A stretch of 64,000 bases of DNA, from NCBI RefSeq assembly GCF_009914755.1, contig NC_060933.1; one strand, given 5' to 3'. The DNA is from the human T2T-CHM13v2.0 reference genome, Homo sapiens. Below the pieces are notes generated by a model. The model was not told where the DNA came from. It made no database searches and worked only from the letters and a program-made list of their open reading frames with translations. The translations under genes were made by a program, and so were the position numbers. Positions 1-12,710 of the stretch are shown here, in pieces (position 1 is the first letter of the stretch; the number at the start of each line of letters is the position of its first letter).

Positions 1-2922
1 ATGGAATGGAATGCAATGGAATGGAATCAACCCGAGTACAATGGAATGGAATGGAATGGAATGGAATGGAATGGAATGGAATGCAATGGAATGGAATCAT
101 CCGGAGTGGAATGGAATGGAATGGAATGGAATGGAATGGAATCAACCCGAGTGAAAAGGAATGGAGTGAAATGGAATGGAATGGAAGGGAATGGAATTGA
201 ATGGAATCAACCCGAGAGCAGGGGAATGGAATTGAATGGAATGCAATGGAATGGAATCATCCGGAATGGAATGGAATGCAATCAACCTGATGCAATGGAA
301 TGGAGTGGAATGGAATGGAATGGAATGGAAACATCCCGAATGGAATGGAATGTAATGGAGTGTAAGGGAATTGAATAGAATCAATCCGAATGTAATGGAA
401 GGGAATGGAATGAAATGAAATGGAATTGAATGGAATGGAATCAACCCGAGTACAATGGAATGGAGTCGAATGGAATGGAATGGAATGAAATGGATTCAAC
501 AAGAATGGAATGGAAAGGAATGGAATCAACCCGTGTGTAATGGCATGGAATGGAACGGAATGGAATGGGATGGAATGGAATGGTACGGAATAGAATGGAA
601 TGGAATGAAATGGAATGGAATGGAATGGAATGAAATGGAATGGAATGGAATGGAATGGAATGGAATGGAATGGAACGAAACCGTGTGCAATGGAATGGAA
701 TGGATTGGAATGGAATGGATTCAACTCGAATGGAATCAACTCGACAGCATTGGAATGGAATGGAATGGAAAGGAATAGAATGGAATCAACCCGAGTGGAA
801 AGGAATGGAAAGGACTGGAATGGAGTGGAATGGAATGGAATGGAATTAACCCGCATAGAATGGAATGGAACGGAATGCAACGGAATTGAATGGAATGGAA
901 AGGAATGGAATCAACCCGAGTGCAGGCTAGTGGAATGGAATGGAATGCAATGGAATGGAATCATCCGGAATGGAACGGAATGGAATGGAATGGAATCAAC
1001 CAAAGTGCAATGGAATGGAGTGAAATGGAATGGAATAGAATGGAAACAACCAGAATGGATTGCAATATAATGGAGTGTAAGGGAATTGAATAGAATCAAT
1101 CTGAATGTAATGAAATGGAATGGAACGGAATGGAATGGAATGGAATGGAATGGAATCAACACGAGTGCAATGGAATAGATTCGAATGCAATGGAATGGAA
1201 TGGAAAGGATTCAACCCGAATGGAATGGAATCGAATGGAATCAACCAGAATGGAATGGCACGGAATGGAATGGAATGGAATGGAATGGAATGGAATGGAA
1301 TGGAATGGTTCGGAATAGAAAGGATTGGAACGAAATGAAATGGAACGGAATGGAAAGGAATGGAATGGAATGGAATGGAATGGAATCAACTCGATTGCAA
1401 TGGAATGGAATGGAATGGAATGGAATGGAATGGAATGGAACCGAATGGAATATAATGGAATGGAATGGAATCAACCCGAGTGCAGGGGAATGGAGTGGAA
1501 TGGAATGCAATGGAATGGAATCAACCCGAGTACAGGGGAATGCAATGGAATGGAATGCAATGGAATGGAATCATCCGTAATGGAATGGAAAGGAATGGAA
1601 TGGAATGGAATGGAAAGGAATGGAATGGAATCAACTCGAGTGGAATGGAATGGAATGGAATGGATTGGAATGGATTGCAATGGAATGAAATGGAATGGAA
1701 TGGAATGGAATCAATCATTCCGAGTGGAATGGAAGGGAAAGTAATGGAGTGGAAGAAAGGAATGGAATAACCCCGAGAGGAATGCAAGGGAATGGAATGG
1801 AATGGAATGGAAAGGAATGGCATGGAATCAACCCAAGTGGAATGGAATGCAAAGGAATGGAATGGAATGGAATCAATCAACCCGAGTGCAATGGAACCGA
1901 ATAGAATGCAATGGAATGCAATGGAAACTACCCGAATGGAATGGAATGTAATGGAGTGTAAAGGAATTGAAAAGAATCAATCAGAGTGTAATGGAATGGA
2001 ATGGAACGGAATGGAATGGAATGAAATGGAATGGAATGGAATCGAATGGAATGGAATGGAATGGAATCAACCCGAGTGCAATGGTATGGAATGGAATGGA
2101 ATGGAATGGAATGGAATGGAATGGAATGGATTGAACCCGAATGGAATGGAAAGGAATGGAATCAAACCGAGTGGAATGGCATGGAATGGAATGGAATGGA
2201 ATGGTATGGAATAGAATGGAATGGAACGAAATGGAATGGAATGGAATGGAATGAAATGGAATGGAATGGAACGGAATGAACCCGTGTGCAATGGAATGGA
2301 ATGGAATGGAATGGAATGGAATGGAATGGAATGGAATGCAATGGATTCAACTCGAATGGAATGGAAAGGAATGGAATCAACCCGAGCGGAATGGCATGGC
2401 ATGGAATGGAATGGAACGGAATGGAGTGGAATGGAATGGAACAGTACTTAACAGAATGGAATGGAACGATATGGAATGGAATGGAATGGAATGGAATCGA
2501 AAGGAATGGAATCATTCCGACTGGAATAGAAGGGAATGTATTCGAGTGGAATGGAAAGGAATGGAATCAACCAGAGTGGAATGGAAGGGAATGGAATGGA
2601 ATGGAAATGAATAGAATGGAATCAACCCGAGTGGAATGGAATGGAAAGGACTGGAATGGAATGGAATGGAATGGAATCAACTCGATTGTAATGGAATGGA
2701 ATGGAATGGAATGGAATGGAATGGAATGGAATCAACTCGATGGCAATCGAATGGAATGGAATGGAATTAACCCGAATATAATGGAATGGAATGGAATGGA
2801 ACGGAACGGAATGGAATGGAATGAAATGGAATGGAACGGAACGGAATGGAATGGAATGGAATGGAATGGAATGGAATCAACGCGAGTGCAGGGGAATGGA
2901 ATGGAATGGAATGCAGTGGGTT

Positions 2923-2937
2923 GGAAACTTCCGGAAT
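2923..2937. promoter_or_regulatory. HSE motif variant gGAAa-cTTCc-gGAAt (also 33380-33394)
   Basis: GGAAACTTCCGGAAT; consensus intact. Confidence 0.55.
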
Positions 2938-3869
2938 GGAATGGAATGGAATGGAATGGAATGGAATTGAATGAAAGGCAATGGATTCAAATCGATTGCA
3001 ATGGAGTGGAATAGAATGGAATGGAATGGAATGGAATGGAATGGAATGGAATGGAATTGAATGGAATGGAATGCCTTCAAACCGAATGGAATGGAAAGGA
3101 ATGGAATCAACACGAGTGGAAAGCAATGGAATGGAAAGGAATGGAATGGAATGGAATGGTATGGAATAGAATGGAATCGAACGAACTGGAATGGAATGGA
3201 ATGGAATGGAATGGAATGGAATGGAATGGAATCGTTCCGAGTGGAATAGGAGGGAATGTATTCGAGTGGAATGGAAAGGAATGGAATCAACCAGAGTGGA
3301 ATGGAAGGGAATGGAATGGAATGGACACTAATAGAATGGAATCAACCTGAGTGGAAAGGAATGGAAAGGAATGGAATGGAATGGAATGGAATGGAATCAA
3401 CTCGATTGTAATGGAATGGAATGGAATGGAATGGAATGGAATGGAATTAACCCGAATACAATGGAATGGAATGGAATGGAACGGAATGGAGTGGAATGGA
3501 ATGGAATCAACCCGAGTGCAGGGGAATGGAATGGAATGGAATGCAATGGAATGGAATCATCCGGAATGGAATGGTATGGAATGGAATGCAAAGCAATGGA
3601 ATCAACTCAATTGCAATGGAATGGAATGGAATGGAAAGGAATAGAATTGAATCAACCTGAGTGTAATGGAATGGAAAGGACTGGAATGGAGTGGAATGGA
3701 ATGGAATGGAATGGAATGGAATCAACTCGATTGGAATGGAATCTAATGGAATGGAATGGAATGGAATGGAATGGAATTAACCCGAATAGAATGGAATGGA
3801 ATGGAATGGAACGGAATGGAATGGAATGGAATGGAATGGAATGGAATGGAATGGAATGGAATGGAATGG

Positions 3870-6800
3870 AATCAACCCGACTGCAGGGGAATGGAATGGA
3901 ATGGAATGGAATGGAATGGAATCATCCGGAACGCAATGGAATGGAATGGAATGGAATCAACTCGATTGCAATGGAATGGAATGGAATGGAATGGAATCGA
4001 ATGGAATGGAATGGAATTAACCGGAATAGAATGGAATGGAATGGAATGGAACGGAATGGAATGGAATGGAATGGAATGGAATCAACCCGAGTGCAGGGGA
4101 ATGGAATGGAATGGAATGCAATGGAATGGAATCATCCGGAATGGAATGGAATGGAATGGAATGCAATCAACCTGATGCAATGGAATGGAGTGGAATGGAA
4201 TGGAATGGAATGGAAACATCCCGAATGGAATGGAATGTAATGCAGTGTAAGGGAATTGAATAGAATCCATCCGAATGTAATGGAATGGAATGGAATGAAA
4301 TGGAATGGAATGGAATGGAATGGAATCAACCCGAGTGCAATGGAATGGATTCGAACGGAATGGAATGGAATGGAATGGATTCAACAAGAATGGAATGGAA
4401 AGGAATGGAATCAACCCGAGTGTAATGGCATGGAATGGAACGGAATGGAATGGGATGGAATGGAATGGTACGGAATAGAATGGAATGGAATGAAATGGAA
4501 TGGAATGGAATGGAATGGAATGGAATGGAATGGAATGAACCCGTGTGCAATGGAATGGAATGGAATGGAATGGAATGGATTCAACTCGAATGGAATCAAC
4601 TCGATTGCAATGGAATGGAATGGAATTGAAAGGAATAGAATGGAATCATCCCGAGTGGAATGGAATGGAAAGGACTGGAATGGAGTGGAATGGAATGGAA
4701 TGGTATTAACCCGAATAGAATGAAATGGAACGGAATGGAATGGAATGTAATGGAATGGAATGGAATGGAATCAACCCGAGTGCAGGGGAATGGAATGGAA
4801 TGGAATGCAATGGAATGGAATCATCCGGAATGGAATGGAATGGAATGGAATGGAATGGAATGGAATGGAATCAACTCGATTTCAATGGAATGGAATGGAA
4901 TAGAATGGAATGGAATTAACACGAATAGAATGGAATGGAATGGAATGGAATGGAACAGAAAGGAATGGAATGGAATGGAATGGAATCAACCCAAGTGAAG
5001 TGGAATGGAATGGAATGGAATTCAATGGAATGGAATCATCCGGAATGGAATGGAATGGAATGAAATGGAATGGAATGGAATGGAATCAACCCGAGTGCAA
5101 TGGAATGGAGAGGAATGGAATGGAATGGAATGGAAACTACACGAATCGAATGGAATGTAATGGAGTGTAAGGGAATTGAATAGAATGAATCCGAATGGAA
5201 TGGAATGGAATGGAATCAACGCGAGTGCAGGGGAATGGAATGTAATGGAATGCAATGGAATGGACTCTTCCAGAATGGAATGGAATGCAATGGAATGCAA
5301 TGGATTCAACTCGATTGCAATGGAATGGAATAGAATGGAATGGAATGGAATGGAATGGAATTAACCCGAATAGAATGGAATGGAATGGAACGGAATGGAA
5401 CGGAACGGAATGGAATGGAATGGAATGGAATGGTGTGGAATGGAATGGAATGGAATGGAATCAACGCGAGTGCAGGGGAATGTAATGGAACGGAATGTAA
5501 TGGAATGGAATCATCCGGAATGGAATGGAATGGAATGAAATGCAATGGATTCAACTCGATTGCAATGGAATGGAATGGAATGGAATGGAATGGAACGGAA
5601 TGGAACGGAACGGAATGGAATGGAATGGAATGGAATGGAATGGTATGGAATGGAATGGAATGGTACGGAATAGAATGGAATGGAACGAATTGTAATGGAA
5701 TGGAATTGAATGGAATGGAATGGAATCAACGCGAGTGCAGGGGAATGTAATGGAACGGAATGCAATGGAATGGAATCATCCGGAATGGAATGGAATGGAA
5801 TGGAATGGAATCAACCCGAGTGCAATGGAATGGAGTGGAATGGAATGGAATGGAATGGAACAACCCGAATGGAATGGAATGTAATGGAGAGTAAGGGAGT
5901 TGAATAGAATCAATCCGAATGTAATGGAATGGAATGGAACGGAATGGAATGGAATGGAATGGAATGCAATTGAATGGAATCAACCCGAGTACAATGGAAT
6001 GGAATGGAATGGAACGGAATGGAATGGAATGGCTTCAAACAGAATGGAATGGAAACGAATGGAATCAACACTAGTGGAATGGAATGGAATGGAATGGAAT
6101 GCAATCGAATGGAATGGAATGGTATGGAGTAGAAAGGAATGGAAAGAAATGGAATGGAATGGAATGGAATGGAATGGAATCGTTCCGAGTGGAATAGGAG
6201 GGAATGTATTCGAGTGGATTGGAAAGGAATGGAATCAACCAGAGTGGAATGGAAGGGAATGAAATGGAATGGAAACTAATAGAATGGAATCAACCAGAGT
6301 GGAATGGAATGGAAAGTTCTGGAATGGAATGGAATGGAATGGAATGGAATGGAATGGAATGGAATCAACTCGATTGTAATGGAATGGAATGGAATGGAAT
6401 GGAATGGAATGGAATGGAATGGAATGGAATGGAATTAACCCAAATACAATGGAATGGAATGGAATGGAACGGAATGGAGTGGAATGGAATGGAATCAACC
6501 CGAGTGCAGGGGAATGGAATGGAATGGAATGCAATGGAATGGAATCATCCGGAATGGAATGGAATGGAATGGAATGCAAAGCAATGGAATCAACTCGATT
6601 CCAATGGAATGGAATGGACTGGAAAGGAATACATTGGAATCAACCCGAGTGGAATGGAATGGAAAGGACTGGAATGGAGTGGAATGGAATGGAATGGAAT
6701 GGAATGGAATGGAATGGAATCAACTCGATTGGAATGGAATGGAATGGAATGGAATAGAATGGAATGGAATTAACCCGAATAGAATGGAATGGAATGGAAT

Positions 6801-7145
6801 GGAACGGAACGGAATGGAATGGAATGGAATGGAATTGAATGGAATGGAATTGAATCAACCCGACTGCAGGGGAATGGAATGGAATGGAATGAAATGGAAT
6901 GGATTCAACTTGAATGGAATGGAAGGAATGGAATCAACACGAGTGGAATGGCATGGATTGGAATGGAATGGAATGGAATGAACCCGAGTACAGGGGAATG
7001 GAATGGAATGGAATGCAATGGAATGGAATCATCCGTAATGGAATGGAAAGGAATGGAATGGAATGGAATGGAATGGAATGGAATCAACTCGATTGCAATC
7101 GAATGGAATGGAATGGAATTAACCCGAATGGAATGGAATGGAATG
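3870..7145 (+). repeat. ~3.3-kb tandem duplication, copy 1
   Basis: Private variants recur at a 3.28-3.32 kb offset: GGTATTAACC 4702/7999, CCAAGTGAAGTGG 4991/8303, GGACTCTTCCAGAAT 5262/8574, GGCTTCAAACAGAAT 6031/9353. ORF-track pairs agree (4082/7364, 5900/9222, 6905/10227). Ends approximate. Confidence 0.85.
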
Positions 7146-10100
7146 GAATCAACCCGACTGCAGGGGAATGGAATGGAATGGAATGGAATGGAATGGAATG
7201 GAATCATCCGGAACGGAATGGAATGGAATGGAATGGAATCAACTCGATTGCCATGGAATGGAATGGAATGGAATGGAATCGAATGGAATGGAATGGAATT
7301 AACCGGAATAGAATGGAATGGAACGGAAAGGAATGGAATGGAATGGAATGGAATGGAATGGAATCAACCCGAGTGCAGGGGAATGGAATGGAATGGAATG
7401 CAATGGAATGGAATCATCCGGAATGGAATGGAATGGAATGGAATGCAATCAACCAGATGCAATGGAATGGAGTGGAATGGAATGGAATGGAATGGAAACA
7501 TCCCGAATGGAATGGAATGTAATGCAGTGTAAGGGAATTGAATAGAATCAATCCGAATGTAATGGAATGGAATGGAATGAAATGGAATGGAATGGAATGG
7601 AATGGAATCAACCCGAGTGCAATGGAATGGATTCGAACGGAATGGAATGGAATGGAATGGATTCCACAAGAATGGAATGGAAAGGAATGGAATCAACCCG
7701 AGTGTAATGGCATGGAATGGAACGGAATGGAATGGGATGGAATGGAATGGTACGGAATAGAATGGAATGGAATGAAATGGAATGGAATGGAATGGAATGG
7801 AATGGAATGGAATGGAATGGAATGGAATGGAATGAACCCGTGTGCAATGGAATGGAATGGAATGGAATGGAATGGATTCAACTCGAATGGAATCAACTCG
7901 ATTGCAATGGAATGGAATGGAATTGAAAGGAATAGAATGGAATCATCCCGAGTGGAATGGAATGGAAAGGACTGGAATGGAGTGTAATGGAATGGAATGG
8001 TATTAACCCAAATAGAATGAAATGGAACGGAATGGAATGGAATGTAATGGAATGGAATGGAATGGAATCAACCCGAGTGCAGGGGAATGGAATGGAATGG
8101 AATGCAATGGAATGGAATCATCCGGAATGGAATGGAATGGAATGGAATGGAATGGAATGGAATGGAATGGAATGGAATGGAATCAACTCGATTTCAATGG
8201 AATGGAATGGAATAGAATGGAATGGAATTAACACGAATAGAATGGAATGGAATGGAATGGAATGGAACAGAAAGGAATGGAATGGAATGGAATGGAATCA
8301 ACCCAAGTGAAGTGGAATGGAATGCAATGGAATTCAATGGAATGGAATCATCCGGAATGGAATGGAATGGAATGAAATGGAATGGAATGGAATGGAATCA
8401 ACCCGAGTGCAATGGAATGGAGAGGAATGGAATGGAATGGAATGGAAACTACACGAATCGAATGGAATGTAATGGAGTGTAAGGGAATTGAATAGAATGA
8501 ATCCGAATGGAATGGAATGGAATGGAATCAACGCGAGTGCAGGGGAATGGAATGTAATGGAATGCAATGGAATGGACTCTTCCAGAATGGAATGGAATGG
8601 AATGGAATGCAATGGATTCAACTCGATTGCAATGGAATGGAATAGAATGGAATGGAATGGAATGGAATGGAATTAACCCGAATAGAATGGAATGGAATTG
8701 AACGGAATGGAACGGAAGGGAATGGAATGGAATGGAATGGAATGGAATGGTGTGGAATGGAATGGAATGGAATGGAATCAACGCGAGTGCAGGGGAATGT
8801 AATGGAACGGAATGTAATGGAATGGAATCATCCGGAATGGAATGGAATGGAATGAAATGCAATGGATTCAACTCGATTGCAATGGAATGGAATGGAATGG
8901 AATGGAATGGAACGGAATGGAACGGAACGGAATGGAATGGAATGGAATGGAATGGAATGTTATGGAATGGAATGCAATGGTACGGAATAGAATGGAATGG
9001 AACGAATTATAATGGAATGGAATTGAATGGAATGGAATGGAATGGAATCAACGCAAGTGCAGGGGAATGTAATGGAACGGAATGCAATGGAATGGAATCA
9101 TCCGGAATGGAATGGAATGGAATGGAATGGAATCAACCCGAGTGCAATGGAATGGAGTGGAATGGAATGGAATGGAATGGAACAACCCGAATGGAATGGA
9201 ATGTAATGGAGAGTAAGGGAGTTGAATAGAATCAATCCGAATGTAATGGAATGGAATGGAACGGAATGGAATGGAATGGAATGGAATGCAATTGAATGGA
9301 ATCAACCCGAGTACAATGGAATGGAATGGAATGGAACGGAATGGAATGGAATGGCTTCAAACAGAATGGAATGGAAACGAATGGAATCAACACTAGTGGA
9401 ATGGAATGGAATGGAATGGAATGCAATCGAATGCAATGGAATGGTATGGAGTAGAATGGAATGGAAAGAAATGGAATGGAATGGAATGGAATGCAATGGA
9501 ATCGTTCCGAGTGGAATAGGAGGGAATGTATTCGAGTGGATTGGAAAGGAATGGAATCAACCAGAGTGGAATGGAAGGGAATGAAATGGAATGGAAACTA
9601 ATAGAATGGAATCAACCCGAGTGGAATGGAATGGAAAGTTGTGGAATGGAATGGAATTGAATGGAATGGAATGGAATGGAATCAACTCGATTGTAATGTA
9701 ATGGAATGGAATGGAATGGAATGGAATGGAATGGAATGGAATTAACCCAAATACAATGGAATGGAATGGAACGGAACGGAATGGAGTGGAATGGAATGGA
9801 ATCAACCCGAGTGCAGGGGAATGGAATGGAATGGAATGCAATGGAATGGAATCATCCGGAATGGAATGGAATGGAATGGAATGCAAAGCAATGGAATCAA
9901 CTCGATTCCAATGGAATGGAATGGACTGGAAAGGAATACATTGGAATCAACCCGAGTGGAATGGAATGGAAAGGACTGGAATGGAGTGGAATGGAATGGA
10001 ATGGAATGGAATGGAATGGAATCAACTCGATTGGAATGGAATGGAATGGAATGGAATGGAATGGAATGGAATGGAATGGAATTAACCCGAATAGAATGGA

Positions 10101-10470
10101 ATGGAATGGAATGGAACGGAACGGAATGGAATGGAATGGAATGGAATGGAATGGAATGGAATGGAATGGAATGGAATCAACCCGACTGCAGGGGAATGGA
10201 ATGGAATGGAATGCAATGGAATGGATTCAACTTGAATGGAATGGAAGGAATGGAATCAACACGAGTGGAATGGCATGGATTGGAATGGAATGGAATGGAA
10301 TGAACCCGAGTACAGGGGAATGGAATGGAATGGAATGCAATGGAATGGAATCATCCGTAATGGAATGGAAAGGAATGGAATGGAATGTAATGGAATGGAA
10401 TGGAATGGAATGGAATGGAATCAACTCGATTGCAATCGAATGGAATGGAATGGAATTAACCCGAATGGAA
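7146..10470 (+). repeat. ~3.3-kb tandem duplication, copy 2
   Basis: Colinear with 3870-7145. Differs by scattered substitutions and whole-pentamer gains, with the offset growing from about 3280 to 3322. Confidence 0.85.
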
Positions 10471-10636
10471 TGGAATGGAATGGAATGCAATGGAACGGAA
10501 CGGAACGGAATGGAATGGAATGGAATGGAATGGAATGGAATGGAACGGAAAGGAATGGAATGGAATGGAATGGAATGGAATGGAATGGAATCAACGCGAG
10601 TGCAGGGGAATGGAATGGAATGGAATGCAATGGAAT

Positions 10637-10651
10637 GGAATCTTCCGGAAT
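10637..10651. promoter_or_regulatory. Perfect three-unit heat-shock element (HSE) motif gGAAt-cTTCc-gGAAt; representative of ~38 copies in the window
   Basis: GGAATCTTCCGGAAT matches the HSF1 consensus nGAAnnTTCnnGAAn exactly. The motif match is certain; binding at this site is inferred. Confidence 0.6.
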
Positions 10652-11499
10652 GGAATGGAATGGAATGGAATGGAATGGAATGGAATGGAATAAACCCGAG
10701 TGCAATGGAATGGAGTGGAATGGAATGGAATGGAATGGAACAGCCCGAATGGAATGGAATGTAATGGAGAGTAAGGGAGTTGAATAGAATCAATCCGAAT
10801 GTAATGGAATGGAATGGAACAGAATAGAATTGAATGGAATGGAATGGAATGCAATGGAATGGAATCAACCCGAGTGCAATGGAATGGAGAGGAATGGAAT
10901 GGAATGGAATGGAAACTACCCGAATGGAATGGAATGTAATGGAGTGTAAGGGAATTGAATAGAATCAATCCGAATGTAATGGAATGGAATGGAATGGAAC
11001 GGAATGGAATGGAATGGAATGGAATGGAATGGAATGGAATGCAATGGAATGGAATCAACCCGAGTGCAATCGAATGGAATCGAATGGAATGGAATGCAAT
11101 GGAATGGATTCAACTTGAATGGAATGGAAAGAATGGAATCAACACGAGTGGAAGGGCATGGATTGGAATGTAATGGAATGGAATCAACCCGAGTACAGGG
11201 GAATGGAATGGAATGGAATGCAATGGAATGGAATCATCCGTAATGGAATGGAAAGGAACGGAATGGAATGGAATGGAATGGAATGGAATGGAATGGAATC
11301 GACTCGATTGCAATCGAATGGAATGGAATGGAATTAACCCGAATAGAATGGAATGGAATGGAATGGAACGGAACGGAATGGAATGGAATGGAACGGAATG
11401 GAATGGAAAGGAACGGAATGGAATGGAATGGAATGGAATGGAATGGAATGGAATCAACGCGAGTGCAGGGGAATGGAATGGAATGGAATGCAATGGAAT

Positions 11500-11514
11500 G
11501 GAATATTCCGGAAT
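11500..11514. promoter_or_regulatory. HSE motif variant gGAAt-aTTCc-gGAAt (also 49645-49659)
   Basis: GGAATATTCCGGAAT; the change falls at an n position, so the consensus is intact. Confidence 0.55.
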
Positions 11515-12710
11515 GGAATGGAATGGAATGGAATGGAATGAAATGCAGTGCATTCAACTCGATTGCAATGGAATGGAATAGAATGGAATGGAATGGAATG
11601 GAATGGAATGGAATTAACACGAATAGAATGGAATGGAATGGAACGGAATGGAACGGAACGGAATGGAATGGAATGGAATGGAATGGAATGGAATGGAATG
11701 GTATGGAATGGAATGGAATGGTACGGAATAGAATGGAATGGAACGAATTGTAATGGAATGGAATTGAATGGAATGGAATGGAATGGAATGGAATCAACGC
11801 GAGTGCAGGGGAAAGTAATGGAACGGAATGCAATGGAATGGAATCATCCGGAATGGAATGGAATGGAAAGGAATGGAATGGAATGGAATCAACCCGAGTG
11901 CAATGGAATGGAGTGGAATGGAATGGAAAGGAATGGAACAACCCGAATGGAATGGAATGTAATGGACAGTAAGGGAGTTGAATAGAATCAATCCGAATGT
12001 AATGGAATGGAATGCAACGGAATGGAATGGAATGGAATGGAATGGAATGGAATGGAATGGAATGCAAAGGAATGGAATCAATCCGAGTGGAATGGCATGG
12101 AATGGAATGCAATTGAATGGAATGGAATGGAATCAACTCGAGTGGAAAGGAATGGAATGGAATGGAAAGGAATGGAATGAAGTCAACTCGAGTGGAATGG
12201 AATGGAATGGAATGGATTGGAATGGATTGCAATGCAATGAAATGGAATGGAATGGAATGGAATCAATCATTCCGAGTGGAATGGAAGGGAATGTAATAGA
12301 GTGGAAAGAAGGGAATGGAATCAACCCGAGTGGAATGCAAAGCAATGGAATGGAATGGAAAGGAATGGAATGGAATCAACTCGATTGCAATGGAATGGAA
12401 TGGAATGGAATGGAATTAACCGGAATAGAATGGAATGGAATGGAATGGAACGGAATGGAATGGAATGGAAGGGAATGGAATCAACACGAGTGCAGGGGAA
12501 TGGAATGGAATGGAATGCAATGGAATGGAATCATCCGGAATAGAATGGAATGGAATGGAATCAACTCCATTGCAATGGAATGGAATGGAATGGAATGGAA
12601 TAGAATGGAATGGAATTAACCCGAATAGAATGGAATGCAATAGAATGGAATGCAACGGAACCGAATGGAGTGGAATGGAATGGAATGGAATGGAATGGAA
12701 TGGAATGGAA

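Noticed and set aside
1483-1540. GCAGGGG/ACAGGGG runs as G-quadruplex seeds
   Set aside because: The G3+ runs are isolated and generally tens to hundreds of bases apart; I saw no four-tract G4 motif.
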